A stretch of 64,000 nt of DNA, taken from contig CAVVHE010000008.1 of NCBI GenBank assembly GCA_963748015.1, positions 256,001 through 320,000 on the forward strand, read 5' to 3'. A program made the position numbers and the translations under genes. Below are positions 24,279 through 33,700 of the stretch, piece after piece. This DNA comes from Terriglobia bacterium. Its GTDB lineage: Bacteria; Acidobacteriota; Polarisedimenticolia; Polarisedimenticolales; JAIQFR01. The first letter of the stretch is position 1, and every line of letters starts with the position of its first letter. The notes under the pieces are model-generated. The model was not told where the DNA came from and searched no databases. It saw nothing but the letters and a program-made list of their open reading frames with translations.

Positions 24279-26621
24279 CTACGGCGTGCGGTCCTTCGGC
24301 GAGCGCGGGCTCGCGGACGAGGTCGAGAGCGGCAGGCCCAGCGACGCGCCGCGTCCGGGACCGGCGAAGGCGACCGCGGGGACCGGTACGGGGCCCGCGG
24401 GCATCGTGCGCAGCTCGAGGTAGCGGCGGATCGCGGCGACCGTGCACCCGAGGCCGAGGAACATCGTCCCGGCCCAGAGGAAGCCGATCATCGGCTTGTT
24501 GCTGGCCTCGACGACGAGGACCTCGGATGCCGAGCCCGCGCGGTCGTCGGCCTGCACCAGGATCATCCCCTGCTCGACCGCCATCCGGTTCATCTTCAGG
24601 GTGACGCCGGGGAGGGACTTCGGCTCGACGGGCGTTGCGTCGAGCCGCCCTTCCGAGAACCGCATCGGGAGCGTCACCGTCTCCTGCTCGGCGCCGCGGG
24701 CGATCCGCACCTGCGCTCGAACGGTCATCACGTGCTCCTCGCCGCTCGCCGGGGTCTCGAACTTGACGAACGTGAGGGTGGCGTCGCGGAAGGGGACCGG
24801 CTGGCCCTTCACCAGCTGGAGCGGGCCCGACTGGCCGCCCATCTCGAGCGCGAGGGGCGCGATGTAGACGTCGCGGGAGAACTCCCGGTGAATGTCCGGG
24901 AAGCGCATCGTCTGCATCCTCCCGTCCTCCCCTTGCCCCTTGTTGTACATCCGGACCTCGAGCAGCTCCTCGGCCTTGCCCGGCGACATCAACGCGACCC
25001 GCCAGCGGTCCTTGGGCTGCGATCCGTCCACGTGGCCGCGGTAGGTCAGGATCACGCCGGCCGATTCCACGGGCTCGCCGAGCGGGAGGCGCACCTCGTG
25101 CTTGCTCCCCCAGGCGCCGCTGGCGACGATCCCGACGAACATCAGCGCGAAGCCGAGGTGCGCGGTCGCCGCCCCGGTGGCGAGGAGGCTCGTGCGCGCG
25201 ACGAGGACGAGGCGCACGACGTTCGCGGTCATCGCGGCCAGCGCGACGAAGAACAGGACGAGCTCGGCCGCGCCGCCGTAGCCGAGGGCGAGGGCGGCGG
25301 CGCAGCCCGCCACGCCGGCGACCAGCGGGAGGACGAGGTGCTTTCCCCACTCCTTGAACGGGCGGCCGACCCACGAGAGGAACGGGCCGACCGCGAGGAG
25401 GCCGAGCAGGACGACGTAGAGCGGGAGGCTCCAGCGGTTGTACCAGTCGGGCTCGTAGGTACCCGGCTTGCCCAGCATCGAGGAGGGGAGCGGGTATGTC
25501 GTGCCCCAGAACACGAGGAGCGCCGAGATGCCCAGCACCACGATCACGAGCAGGAGGACGAGCGGCCAGGCGAAGTGCGTGTCCACCGGCGCGCCGTCCA
25601 TCTTGCCGCGGCGGAAGAGCGCCCAGGCGCCCGCGGCCAGGATGAGCACGAGCGCCGCCAGCATCTCGACGTTCACCGGGACCGCCCAGAAGCTCACCCC
25701 CGCCTCGAACGAGTGGACCGAGAACTTCGCGAGCACGCCGGTCCGCGTGAGGAACGTCGAGTACACGATCAGCCAGTACGCGGCCAGCGAGAGGACGAGA
25801 TTCGTCCGGCGGAGCGCGCCGGTCGCGCGCTGAACCAGCAGGCCGTGGATCAGCGCGGCAGCGACGATCCACGGGATCAGCGAGGCGTTCTCGACCGGGT
25901 CCCAGCCCCAGTAGCCGCCCCAGCCGAGCGTCTTGTACGCCCAGAAGCCGCCGAGCACGACGCCGACGCCGAGCGAGATGAAGCCGAAGAGGGCCCAGCG
26001 CAGGGCAGTGCCGAGCCAGCGCTCCTCCTGCCTCTTGAGGAGCGCGACGAAGGCGAGGACGCCGGGGATCGTGAGCGCGGCGTAGCCGACGAACACGGCC
26101 GGCGGGTGGCTGGCCATCCACGGGTCCTGCAGCAGGTCGTTCAGCCCGTCGCCGTCGGGGGGGATCGGGAGCAAGAGGCGGAACGGGTTGCCGCCCGACT
26201 TGAACAGCCCCGGCACGTCCACCATCAGCCCGATCAGGAAGAGGATGGTCGGGACGTAGCAGGCCATGACGGCTGCGGGCTCCCACGACCGCTTCCGGAA
26301 CAGCGCGTACCCCATGATCGCGGAGAACAGCGCCCACAAGAGGAACGTCCCTTGCTGTCCTCCCCAGAACGCCGAGATGAGGTAGACGAGGGGAAGATCG
26401 CGGGACGAGTACCGCGCCACGTAGTCGTACCGGAAGTCGTGGGTCAGGATCGCGACCATCAGGAAGACGGACGCGACCGCCAGCACGATGGTCATGCCGT
26501 GGTAGGCAAGCCGGAAGGTGGCCGCCGAAGCCTCGCGCCCCCGCGCCCAGCGCGTCGCCTCCACGAACGCGAGCACCCCGAGCGCCGCCGCCAACCACAC
26601 CGCAATGGTCCCTGGTGTCAT
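24279..26621 (-). CDS. ccmF: Cytochrome c biogenesis heme lyase CcmF/NrfE family
   Basis: FWGGQQGTFLLW, HPP, WAYKTLGWGGYWGWDPVENAS (WWD domain), SVHSF. Confidence 0.92.
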   Translation of the reverse strand: MTPGTIAVWLAAALGVLAFVEATRWARGREASAATFRLAYHGMTIVLAVASVFLMVAILTHDFRYDYVARYSSRDLPLVYLISAFWGGQQGTFLLWALFSAIMGYALFRKRSWEPAAVMACYVPTILFLIGLMVDVPGLFKSGGNPFRLLLPIPPDGDGLNDLLQDPWMASHPPAVFVGYAALTIPGVLAFVALLKRQEERWLGTALRWALFGFISLGVGVVLGGFWAYKTLGWGGYWGWDPVENASLIPWIVAAALIHGLLVQRATGALRRTNLVLSLAAYWLIVYSTFLTRTGVLAKFSVHSFEAGVSFWAVPVNVEMLAALVLILAAGAWALFRRGKMDGAPVDTHFAWPLVLLLVIVVLGISALLVFWGTTYPLPSSMLGKPGTYEPDWYNRWSLPLYVVLLGLLAVGPFLSWVGRPFKEWGKHLVLPLVAGVAGCAAALALGYGGAAELVLFFVALAAMTANVVRLVLVARTSLLATGAATAHLGFALMFVGIVASGAWGSKHEVRLPLGEPVESAGVILTYRGHVDGSQPKDRWRVALMSPGKAEELLEVRMYNKGQGEDGRMQTMRFPDIHREFSRDVYIAPLALEMGGQSGPLQLVKGQPVPFRDATLTFVKFETPASGEEHVMTVRAQVRIARGAEQETVTLPMRFSEGRLDATPVEPKSLPGVTLKMNRMAVEQGMILVQADDRAGSASEVLVVEASNKPMIGFLWAGTMFLGLGCTVAAIRRYLELRTMPAGPVPVPAVAFAGPGRGASLGLPLSTSSASPRSPKDRTP

Positions 26622-26653
26622 GTCCTCTCCTTCCGGTCGAGCCCCCTAAGATA

Positions 26654-27547
26654 CTAAAGGACCGATTCGGTGCGCAAAAAAGGTGCAAGGTAGGGGGTCA
26701 GGTCTTCGAAGGAGGCGATGCGGGAGACGAGGTCGGCGGCGGAGGCTCCCCAGGCGAGGAGGGGGGCGGGGTTCAGGGTGTGGAGGTCGTGGTGGCCCTC
26801 CTCGAGGTTGCCGTGGTCGCTCACGACGACGAGGCGGCTCGTCGAGAGGTCGAGGGCCTGGAGCGCCGCGTCCACGAGATCCTCGGCGCGGCGCGCCTGG
26901 AGAAGCCTCGCCTCGCGGTTTCCCCGGTGCCCGGCGATGTCGGTGAGGAAATACTCGTAGAACACCAGGTCGTGTTGCTCGAGGAGGCCCGCGAGGATTC
27001 CCGCCGCGTGCCTCGCGTCGTGGACCGGGGCATCCAGCGAGCGGCTCCACGGCGTGTCGCCCGCCCAATCGTGGAAGAGGGCCTCGCCCCGCCGCCCCTC
27101 CACGTCCAGCATCCTGAAGGGAACGCCCGACGCGCGGACCATCCGGGTCGATGCCGACCAGCGCGGACGCTTGGCCTCGAGGTGGCCGGGGGTGTACGCG
27201 TTGGCGAACGTCGGCCTGCGTCCCCCCTTCACGAGCCGCGAGAACAGCGAGTCGCCCTCGAGCAGCCGGCGGAGCGAGGGACCGGGGAGCCCCGGCAGGT
27301 GCCGCCCCGCGAGGCGCGCCGCGTTGACCCCGGTGAGGAGCGTCGTCTGTCCGGTCGCGGACTGCGGCAGGCCGGGAACGCCGAGCGTCGCGTCGAGCGG
27401 GCGGAACGCGCAGTCGTCGTCGGGCTTCCGTCCCGCGAGCGGCGCCAAGCGGCGCACCCCGGCGGCGGCGAACGGATTGGTCTCCGCATCGTCCCGGCCG
27501 ATGCCGATTCCGTCGAAGAACAGGAGCAGCGTTCGCACGGGCTCCAT
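26654..27547 (-). CDS. Alkaline-phosphatase-superfamily metalloenzyme (phosphoglycerate mutase-like)
   Basis: FFDGIGIG, PQSATGQT, TDIAGH, VSDHGNLE, HTLNP. Confidence 0.8.
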   Translation of the reverse strand: MEPVRTLLLFFDGIGIGRDDAETNPFAAAGVRRLAPLAGRKPDDDCAFRPLDATLGVPGLPQSATGQTTLLTGVNAARLAGRHLPGLPGPSLRRLLEGDSLFSRLVKGGRRPTFANAYTPGHLEAKRPRWSASTRMVRASGVPFRMLDVEGRRGEALFHDWAGDTPWSRSLDAPVHDARHAAGILAGLLEQHDLVFYEYFLTDIAGHRGNREARLLQARRAEDLVDAALQALDLSTSRLVVVSDHGNLEEGHHDLHTLNPAPLLAWGASAADLVSRIASFEDLTPYLAPFLRTESVL

Positions 27548-27633
27548 GCTAGCCGTCGCGCCGCGCCCCCGCGAGTGCGCGATATACTCGGCCTCCTCCC
27601 GGCCCCGGGGGAGCGACGTGGGGGGGCCGAGCG

Positions 27634-28551
27634 TTGGGCGAGCCCGTCATCGAAGCCCGCGACCTGACGAAGCGCTACGGCGCGACCGTGGGGCTCGAGG
27701 GGCTCGACCTCGCCGTGGAGCGCGGCGAGGTGTTCGGCTTCCTCGGCCCGAACGGCTCCGGCAAGACCACGACGATCCGCCTCTTGCTCGACCTCATCCG
27801 GCCCACGCGCGGCACGGCGCGGCTGTTCGGGCGCCCGGCCGCGGACCCGGACGCGCGCCGGCGCGTCGGCCACCTTCCCGGCGATCTCGTTCTCGACGGG
27901 CGCCTCACGGGACTCGACACGCTGCGCTTCCTTTCCTCGCTGCAAGGCCGCACACCCCCCGCCGCGAGCGCGATGCGGGGCCGGGAGCTCGCCGACCTCC
28001 TCGGCCTGACGGAGAAGGACCTCGGCCGGCGAGTGCGCGAGTACTCGCGGGGCATGCGGCAGAAGCTCGGACTCGTCGCCGCGTTTCAGCACCGCCCGGA
28101 CGTCCTGATCCTCGACGAGCCGACCACGGGGCTCGACCCGCTGGTCCGCGAGGTGGTCTTCGACCTGCTTCAGCAAGCCGGGCGCGATGGCCGCACGGTG
28201 TTCCACTCGTCCCACATCCTCAGCGAGGTGGAGCGCACCTGCTCGCGAGTGGGGATTCTCCGCACGGGACGCCTGGTGTCGGTCGCGCGCACCGACGAGC
28301 TCCGCCGCGCGTCGGTGCGCCGCATGGTCGTGCGCTTCGCCCGGCCCGTCCCCGCCGAGGAGTTCGCCATGCCCGGCGTTGAGGTGGTGGAGCACGACGG
28401 CGCGCGCGTCGTGCTGAAGGTGACCGCGTCGCTCGATCCTCTCCTTCGCGTCCTGTCCCGACACCCCGTCGAGCACCTGGCGTTTCCCGAGCCGAGCCTC
28501 GAGGAGGCCTTCGTGGAGCTGTACCGCGAGGCGGAGGAGGACCGGCCGTGA
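27634..28551 (+). CDS. ABC-2 type transporter ATP-binding protein
   Basis: GPNGSGKTT, YSRGMRQK, ILDEPTTGLDP. Confidence 0.93.
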   Translation: MGEPVIEARDLTKRYGATVGLEGLDLAVERGEVFGFLGPNGSGKTTTIRLLLDLIRPTRGTARLFGRPAADPDARRRVGHLPGDLVLDGRLTGLDTLRFLSSLQGRTPPAASAMRGRELADLLGLTEKDLGRRVREYSRGMRQKLGLVAAFQHRPDVLILDEPTTGLDPLVREVVFDLLQQAGRDGRTVFHSSHILSEVERTCSRVGILRTGRLVSVARTDELRRASVRRMVVRFARPVPAEEFAMPGVEVVEHDGARVVLKVTASLDPLLRVLSRHPVEHLAFPEPSLEEAFVELYREAEEDRP

Positions 28552-29348
28552 CCTGGTCCCTCTTCATGCGAAACCTGCGGCACCACGCGCGCCTGCTCGT
28601 CTCGATGACGCTCGGCCTCGCGGCGTTCGAGGTGCTGATCGTCTGGGTCGCGGCGAAGATCGAGGAAGGGTCGGGCCTCCGCGAGTTCCTCGAGCAGCTC
28701 CTCCCGCCGGAGGCGCAGGAGGCGGTCTTCTCCCAGTTCGGCCTCGTGTCGTTCCCGGGGGCCGTGGCGTTCGGGTTCATGCACCCGGTCGCGATCGTCG
28801 CGGCGGCGGCGTTCGTGGTCGTGGCGGCGACCGTCCCCGCGGCCGAGCGCGAGTCGGGCTTCCTCGATCTCGTGCTCGCCCGGCCCGTGCCCCGCGCGCG
28901 GTACCTTCTCGCCGTGGTGCTGCTCGTCATCGTCGGATCGCTGCTGCTGCCGGCGGCGCTCCTCGGCGGGGCCGCCGTCGCCCTTGCCATCGTGCAGGTG
29001 GAGGAGAGGCTTCCGCTCGCGAGATACGTCCCCGCGGCGGCCGGGCTCGTCTTCCTGCTCCTGGCGGTGGGCGGGTACGCGCTGCTCTTCGCCGCGGGCG
29101 CCAAGCGGCGCGGCGCAGCCGTCGGGCGCGCGGTGGGGCTGACGCTCGCCCTCTACGTCGTCGAGTTCCTGGCCGATTTCTGGAAGCCGCTCGACCGGAT
29201 CCGCTGGCTGAGCCCGTTCCACTACTACAAGCCGATCGCCGCGGCGATCGTGCCGAGCACCCCGATCGAGAATCCCGCCGTTCTCCTACTCGCCTTCGCG
29301 GTGCTCGTCGCGGCGGCGGTCCTTCGCTTCCGCAGGCAGGATCTCTGA
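28548..29348 (+). CDS. ABC-2 type transporter permease
   Basis: ERESGFLDLVLARPVPR, six TM helices, FRRQDL terminus. Confidence 0.88.
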   Translation: MTWSLFMRNLRHHARLLVSMTLGLAAFEVLIVWVAAKIEEGSGLREFLEQLLPPEAQEAVFSQFGLVSFPGAVAFGFMHPVAIVAAAAFVVVAATVPAAERESGFLDLVLARPVPRARYLLAVVLLVIVGSLLLPAALLGGAAVALAIVQVEERLPLARYVPAAAGLVFLLLAVGGYALLFAAGAKRRGAAVGRAVGLTLALYVVEFLADFWKPLDRIRWLSPFHYYKPIAAAIVPSTPIENPAVLLLAFAVLVAAAVLRFRRQDL

Positions 29349-29401
29349 CCGGTGGGCTGTTCCCGGAAAGCGCGGCGGCGCCGGCCGGCGGGCCCGCCCG
29401 C

Positions 29402-29429
29402 TTGACTCCCTGCGCCCTGGCGGTACACT
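29402..29429 (+). promoter_or_regulatory. Putative sigma70 promoter of ssrA
   Basis: TTGACT, 16 nt spacer, TACACT, about 20 nt upstream of the tmRNA 5' end. Confidence 0.65.
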
Positions 29430-29450
29430 TCTCTTGCCAGTCCTTCGCAC

Positions 29451-29800
29451 GGGGGCGAACTGGTTTCGACGGAAAGGAAGAGGCGGGAGTAGCACGCCGA
29501 GGGCCACCTCCTCGTTAAACCGGTGGAATTAAAACAGCCAACGACAACTCGCTGGCTTTCGCGGCTTAAGCCGTGACGTCTCCCGGGCCGCTCTCCCGAG
29601 GCAGCCCGGCGAGGCGACGACAATTCGGGATGGTCTGGCGGTGACGCCCGTAACCGCTGGACGAGAATTACGGGCTGGCCGTCCTCCCATTTGCCGCTCA
29701 GCGGAAGGACGGCGAGACTAAAAAACCGAGTCGGCTAAGCGTGTAGAAGCTTCCGTACGAACCTTTTCGGACGCGGGTTCGATTCCCGCCGCCTCCACCA
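29451..29800 (+). ncRNA. ssrA: tmRNA (transfer-messenger RNA), tag peptide (A)ANDNSLAFAA
   Basis: 5' GGGGGCGAACTGGTTTCGACGG; tag ORF 29537-29569 ending TAA; T-arm GGTTCGATTCC; acceptor CGCCTCCACCA with G3-U70 alanine identity. Confidence 0.97.
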
Positions 29801-29949
29801 TTCGACTCGCGCCTTCGGCGCTCGCTCATGGCGGGCCATCCATCGCGAGTCGAATGGTGCCCTGAGCAAGCGAGCGAAGCGAGCGCGTCGAAGGGCCCTT
29901 CGACAAGCTCAGGGCAGGCTGCTTGGTCCGGCGTCGGTCCCCGCCTCTC
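29774..29949 (+). repeat. tmRNA 3' end plus palindromic REP-like element, copy 1
   Basis: About 176 nt with one mismatch to 38717-38892 (read by eye); contains the 18-bp palindrome GTCGAAGGGCCCTTCGAC. Confidence 0.93.
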
Positions 29950-29960
29950 CGGATTCTCCC

Positions 29961-30401
29961 GTGTTCTTCGTCTACATCCTCGTCTGCTCCGACGGCTCGT
30001 ACTACGTCGGCCACACCAGCGATCTCGACGCTCGGGTCAACGTGCACAACGCCGGTAGCGGAGCCACGCAGACACGAGCGCGCCGCCCCGTGCGCCTCGT
30101 CTACTCGGAGCCTCACGAGAAGGAAGCCACCGCGGTTCAACGCGAGCGCCAAATCAAGGGCTGGAGCCGCGCGAAGAAGGAAGCGTTGATCCGAGAGGAT
30201 CTCGCCCTCCTGCGAGCCCCAAACAGGAGGCGAAGCCAGGCCGATGCTCCGCAGCCCGGCTCAGGCTCGGTTCCGGCCACGCCTTCGCGAACCGTGTCGT
30301 CCGGCGACGAGCCTCGATGTGACCCCAGCAGCCCGACCGGCCAGTCGAGCGAATCGCGGCTGTCCCGAAACGGCCTGTGCAACGCAAACAAACAACGTTG
30401 A
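29961..30401 (+). CDS. Small GIY-YIG nuclease (UPF0213/YhbQ-like), copy 1
   Basis: VYILVCSDGSYYVGHT, RVNVHNAG, RERQIKGWSRAKKEALI; about 90-aa core with a probable read-through tail. Confidence 0.9.
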   Translation: MFFVYILVCSDGSYYVGHTSDLDARVNVHNAGSGATQTRARRPVRLVYSEPHEKEATAVQRERQIKGWSRAKKEALIREDLALLRAPNRRRSQADAPQPGSGSVPATPSRTVSSGDEPRCDPSSPTGQSSESRLSRNGLCNANKQR

Positions 30402-30776
30402 TTCGCAAGTTTCTGCTTCCTTTTTGTAACGGTTCGGACGTATTATTTCGGAGCAACTCTCGCTCCGAACCTCGGGCTGGGGGCAATGTTCATTTGCGCC
30501 CGACGACCCCGTGGCGGAGATCGCGGTTCACCGCCGGCCTCCGCCCCGGTCGCAGGTAAGCGGGTCCCACGTCCCGTTCCATGGAAATCCCGGCTCGCGA
30601 GAAAGTGCGCTCTGACGACCGCCGCTGCGAACGCCGCTTCTCCCCGAAAAAGCGAACTGAATCGTGGGGGTTGTACGGCGCTCCGACGTCCCTTCTTCCG
30701 GTCGGCAAGCGCCGGGCCGTCGTGTCGCGGCGGCCGAACACCCCGTCCGTTCCGCCTGGGAAGCGAGGAAAAAGCC

Positions 30777-33700
30777 ATGTCCAGCCCTTTGCACGGCTTA
30801 CCGATCCTGTCCGAATCTCCGCGAGCGCCTTTCCGGCTGGTGCGTCGGCTGCCGATCGCGGTATTCGTGGGCCTGCTGTGCCTGAGCACGGCCGGGGCTG
30901 GCGGGGCATCTTCCGCAGGCGACGACGGCGGACCGACCCGCTCCGTGGCCCGCGAGGCCTCTCCCTCCGGGTTCGTCGGACCGATCGCGGGCCTCGCCGC
31001 CGCCATGGGCCAGGCGGCGCCCACGAGGACGCTCGGCTTCGAGGATCGGGTTACCTACCAGCGTCGCATCGAGGAGGTCTACTGGGCGCACCGGATCTGG
31101 CCGAAGGAGAACCCCGGAGCCAAGCCGGCCCTGGACGCCGTGTTTCCGGACGCGCAGATCCGGGCCAAGGTCGAGGACTACCTGAAGAAGTCCAACGCGC
31201 TCGAGGCGCTATGGCAGCGGCCGATCACCGCGGGGCAGCTGCAGGCCGAGATGGACCGGATGGCCGCGCAGAGCCGCGCGCCCGACGTGCTGCGTGAGAT
31301 CTTCGCCGCTCTGGACGACGACCCGTACGTGATCGCCGAGACGCTGGCGAGGCAGACGCTGGCCGACCGGCTGATCCACAACTGGTACGCCCGCGACGAG
31401 CGCTTCCACGGCGACCTGCGCCGCCGGGCGGAAGCCGCCCTGGCGGGCGTGTCGAGCGCTGCTCAGCTTTCGAGTCTTGGGGCCGAGTACACCGAGACCA
31501 CGTGGACGAGGGAGCGAGAAGGCGGGGCGAGCGAGGTCGAGGCGAGCGAGAGCATCGCGGACCGGGAACGCAAGCCGAGTCAGATCCCCCTGGACGCCGA
31601 GGCTTGGCAAGAACAGCTGGATCGACTCGCGGGCCTGGTCGGAGGGGAGGTGGAACGAGCGAGGGCGATCGAGACCGGGAAGGGCCGGGGTGTAACCGCG
31701 GCTGCCGGGAGCGCTCGGGCAAGCCTCGACTCCCTCCTGCTGATGAAGGTCAGCGCATTGCAGGAAGACGACGGCGCCTTCTTCGTCACGTCGGTGATCG
31801 CGAAAGGCGCCGATGCCGTCACGGTGGCGACGGCGACCTGGCCGAAGACCGCGTTCGACTCGTGGTGGGGCGAGAAGAGCGCCGCCATGAGCGGCGATCT
31901 GGAGCCCGCGGTAAGTACGTTCACGTTGGCGGAGATCGCGGCGTCTGGCAACTGCGTGCCGGATTCCTGGATGCCATCGAGCGCAGGGCTCCCCGCGCCC
32001 TCTGCGCGTGAATACCACACGGTGGTGTGGACGGGCAGCGAGATGATCGTCTGGGGTGGTTATCCGCTGACCAACTCCGGCGGCCGCTACGACCCGTCCA
32101 CCGACAGCTGGGTGGCGACCTCGACCGGCGCGAACGTGCCCTCCGCGCGTCAAGACCACACGGCGGTGTGGACGGGCAGCGAGATGATCGTCTGGGGGGG
32201 GTATCCGAGGACCAACACCGGCGGGCGCTACAACCCGTCCACCGACAGCTGGCTTGCGACCTCGACCGGCGCGAACGTGCCCTCCGGCCGTTGGTGGCAC
32301 ACGGCGGTGTGGACGGGCAACGTGATGATCGTCTGGGGTGGTGTTTTTGGGACCAACACCGGCGGGCGGTACAACCCGTCCACCGACAGCTGGCTGGCGA
32401 CCTCGACCGGCGACAACGTGCCCTCCGCGCGTCAATACCACACGGCGGTGTGGACGGGCGGCGAGATGATCGTCTGGGGGGGGACCGACGGAACCGACGT
32501 CGAACACGGGCGGCCGCTACAACCCGTCCAGCGACAGTTGGCTGGCGACCTCGACCGGCGACAACGTGCCCTCCGCGCGTCAATACCACACGGCGGTGTG
32601 GACCGGCAGCGAGATGATCGTCTGGGGGGGGGGGTACGACGGCACCGAGTCGAACACCGGCGGACGCTACAGCCCGTCCACCGGCAGCTGGCTGGCGACC
32701 TCGACCGGCGCCAACGTGCCCTCCGCGCGTCAATTCCACACGGCGGTGTGGACGGGCAGCGAGATGATCGTGTGGGGTGGGACCGGCATCGGGTCGAACA
32801 CCGGCGGCCGCTACAACCCGTCCACCGACAGCTGGGTGGGGACCTCGACGGGCGCGAACGTGCCCTCCGGGCGTTACTGGCATACGGCGGTGTGGACGGG
32901 CAGCGAGATGATCGTCTGGGGTGGGAGCGACGGCACCGACACGGGCGGCCGCTACAGCCCTTCCACCGACAGCTGGGTGGCGACCTCGACCGGCGCGAAC
33001 GTGCCCTCCGCGCGTCAAGACCACACGGCGGTGTGGACGGGTAGCGAGATGATCGCCTGGGGTGGGTCGGACCGCTTCGGCTACTCGAACACCGGCGGGC
33101 GCTACGACCCGTCCACCAACAGCTGGCTGGCGACCTCGATCGGCGCGAACGTGCCCTCCGCGCGTGCCGGGCACACGTGCGGTATGGACGGGCCGCGAGA
33201 TGATCGTCTGGGGAGGTGGATATGGAAGTGGCGGCCTCAACACGGGCGGCCGCTACGACCCGTCCACCGACAGCTGGGTGGCGACCTCGACCGGCGCGAA
33301 CGTGCCCTCCGCGCGTGCCGGGCACAGTGCGGTATGGACGGGCAGCGAGATGATCGTCTGGGGTGGGACCGACGGCACCATGTCGAACACCGGCGGCCGC
33401 TACAACCCGTCCACCGACAGCTGGCAGGCGACCTCGACCGGCGCGAACGTGCCCTCCGCGCGTCGCTTTCACACGGCGGTGTGGACGGGCAGCGAGATGA
33501 TCGTCTGGGGTGGTTGGCCGACGACCAACACCGGCGGGCGCTACAGCCCCCCCAGCGACCATTGGGTGGCGACCTCGACCGGCGCGAACGTGCCCTCCGC
33601 GCGTGCCTATCACACGGCGGTGTGGACGGGCAGCGAGATGATCGTCTGGGCCGGTTTTGATGATTACGTCGACGTGAACACCGGCGGACGCTACAGCCCT

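Noticed and set aside
24279..26621. Orphan ccmF as a novel cytochrome c maturation system
   Set aside because: The other ccm genes may lie outside this window; nothing here shows they are absent.
21241..26688. 1815-aa minus-strand ORF as one giant protein
   Set aside because: Only the last 641 aa (from 23166) look real; the rest is an off-frame overlap of ccmF and the DUF1566 gene, as expected in high-GC DNA.
29801..30401. Group I intron with a homing GIY-YIG, or an IS200/IS605 (TnpB/IscB) element
   Set aside because: The tmRNA is uninterrupted, the element is too short for a group I core, and the ORF is a ~90-aa stand-alone GIY-YIG with no RuvC, HNH or HUH motifs.
30402..30776. Riboswitch in the long leader of the giant gene
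   Set aside because: There is an AT-rich promoter-like patch but no riboswitch consensus I can recognise; an Rfam scan would be needed.
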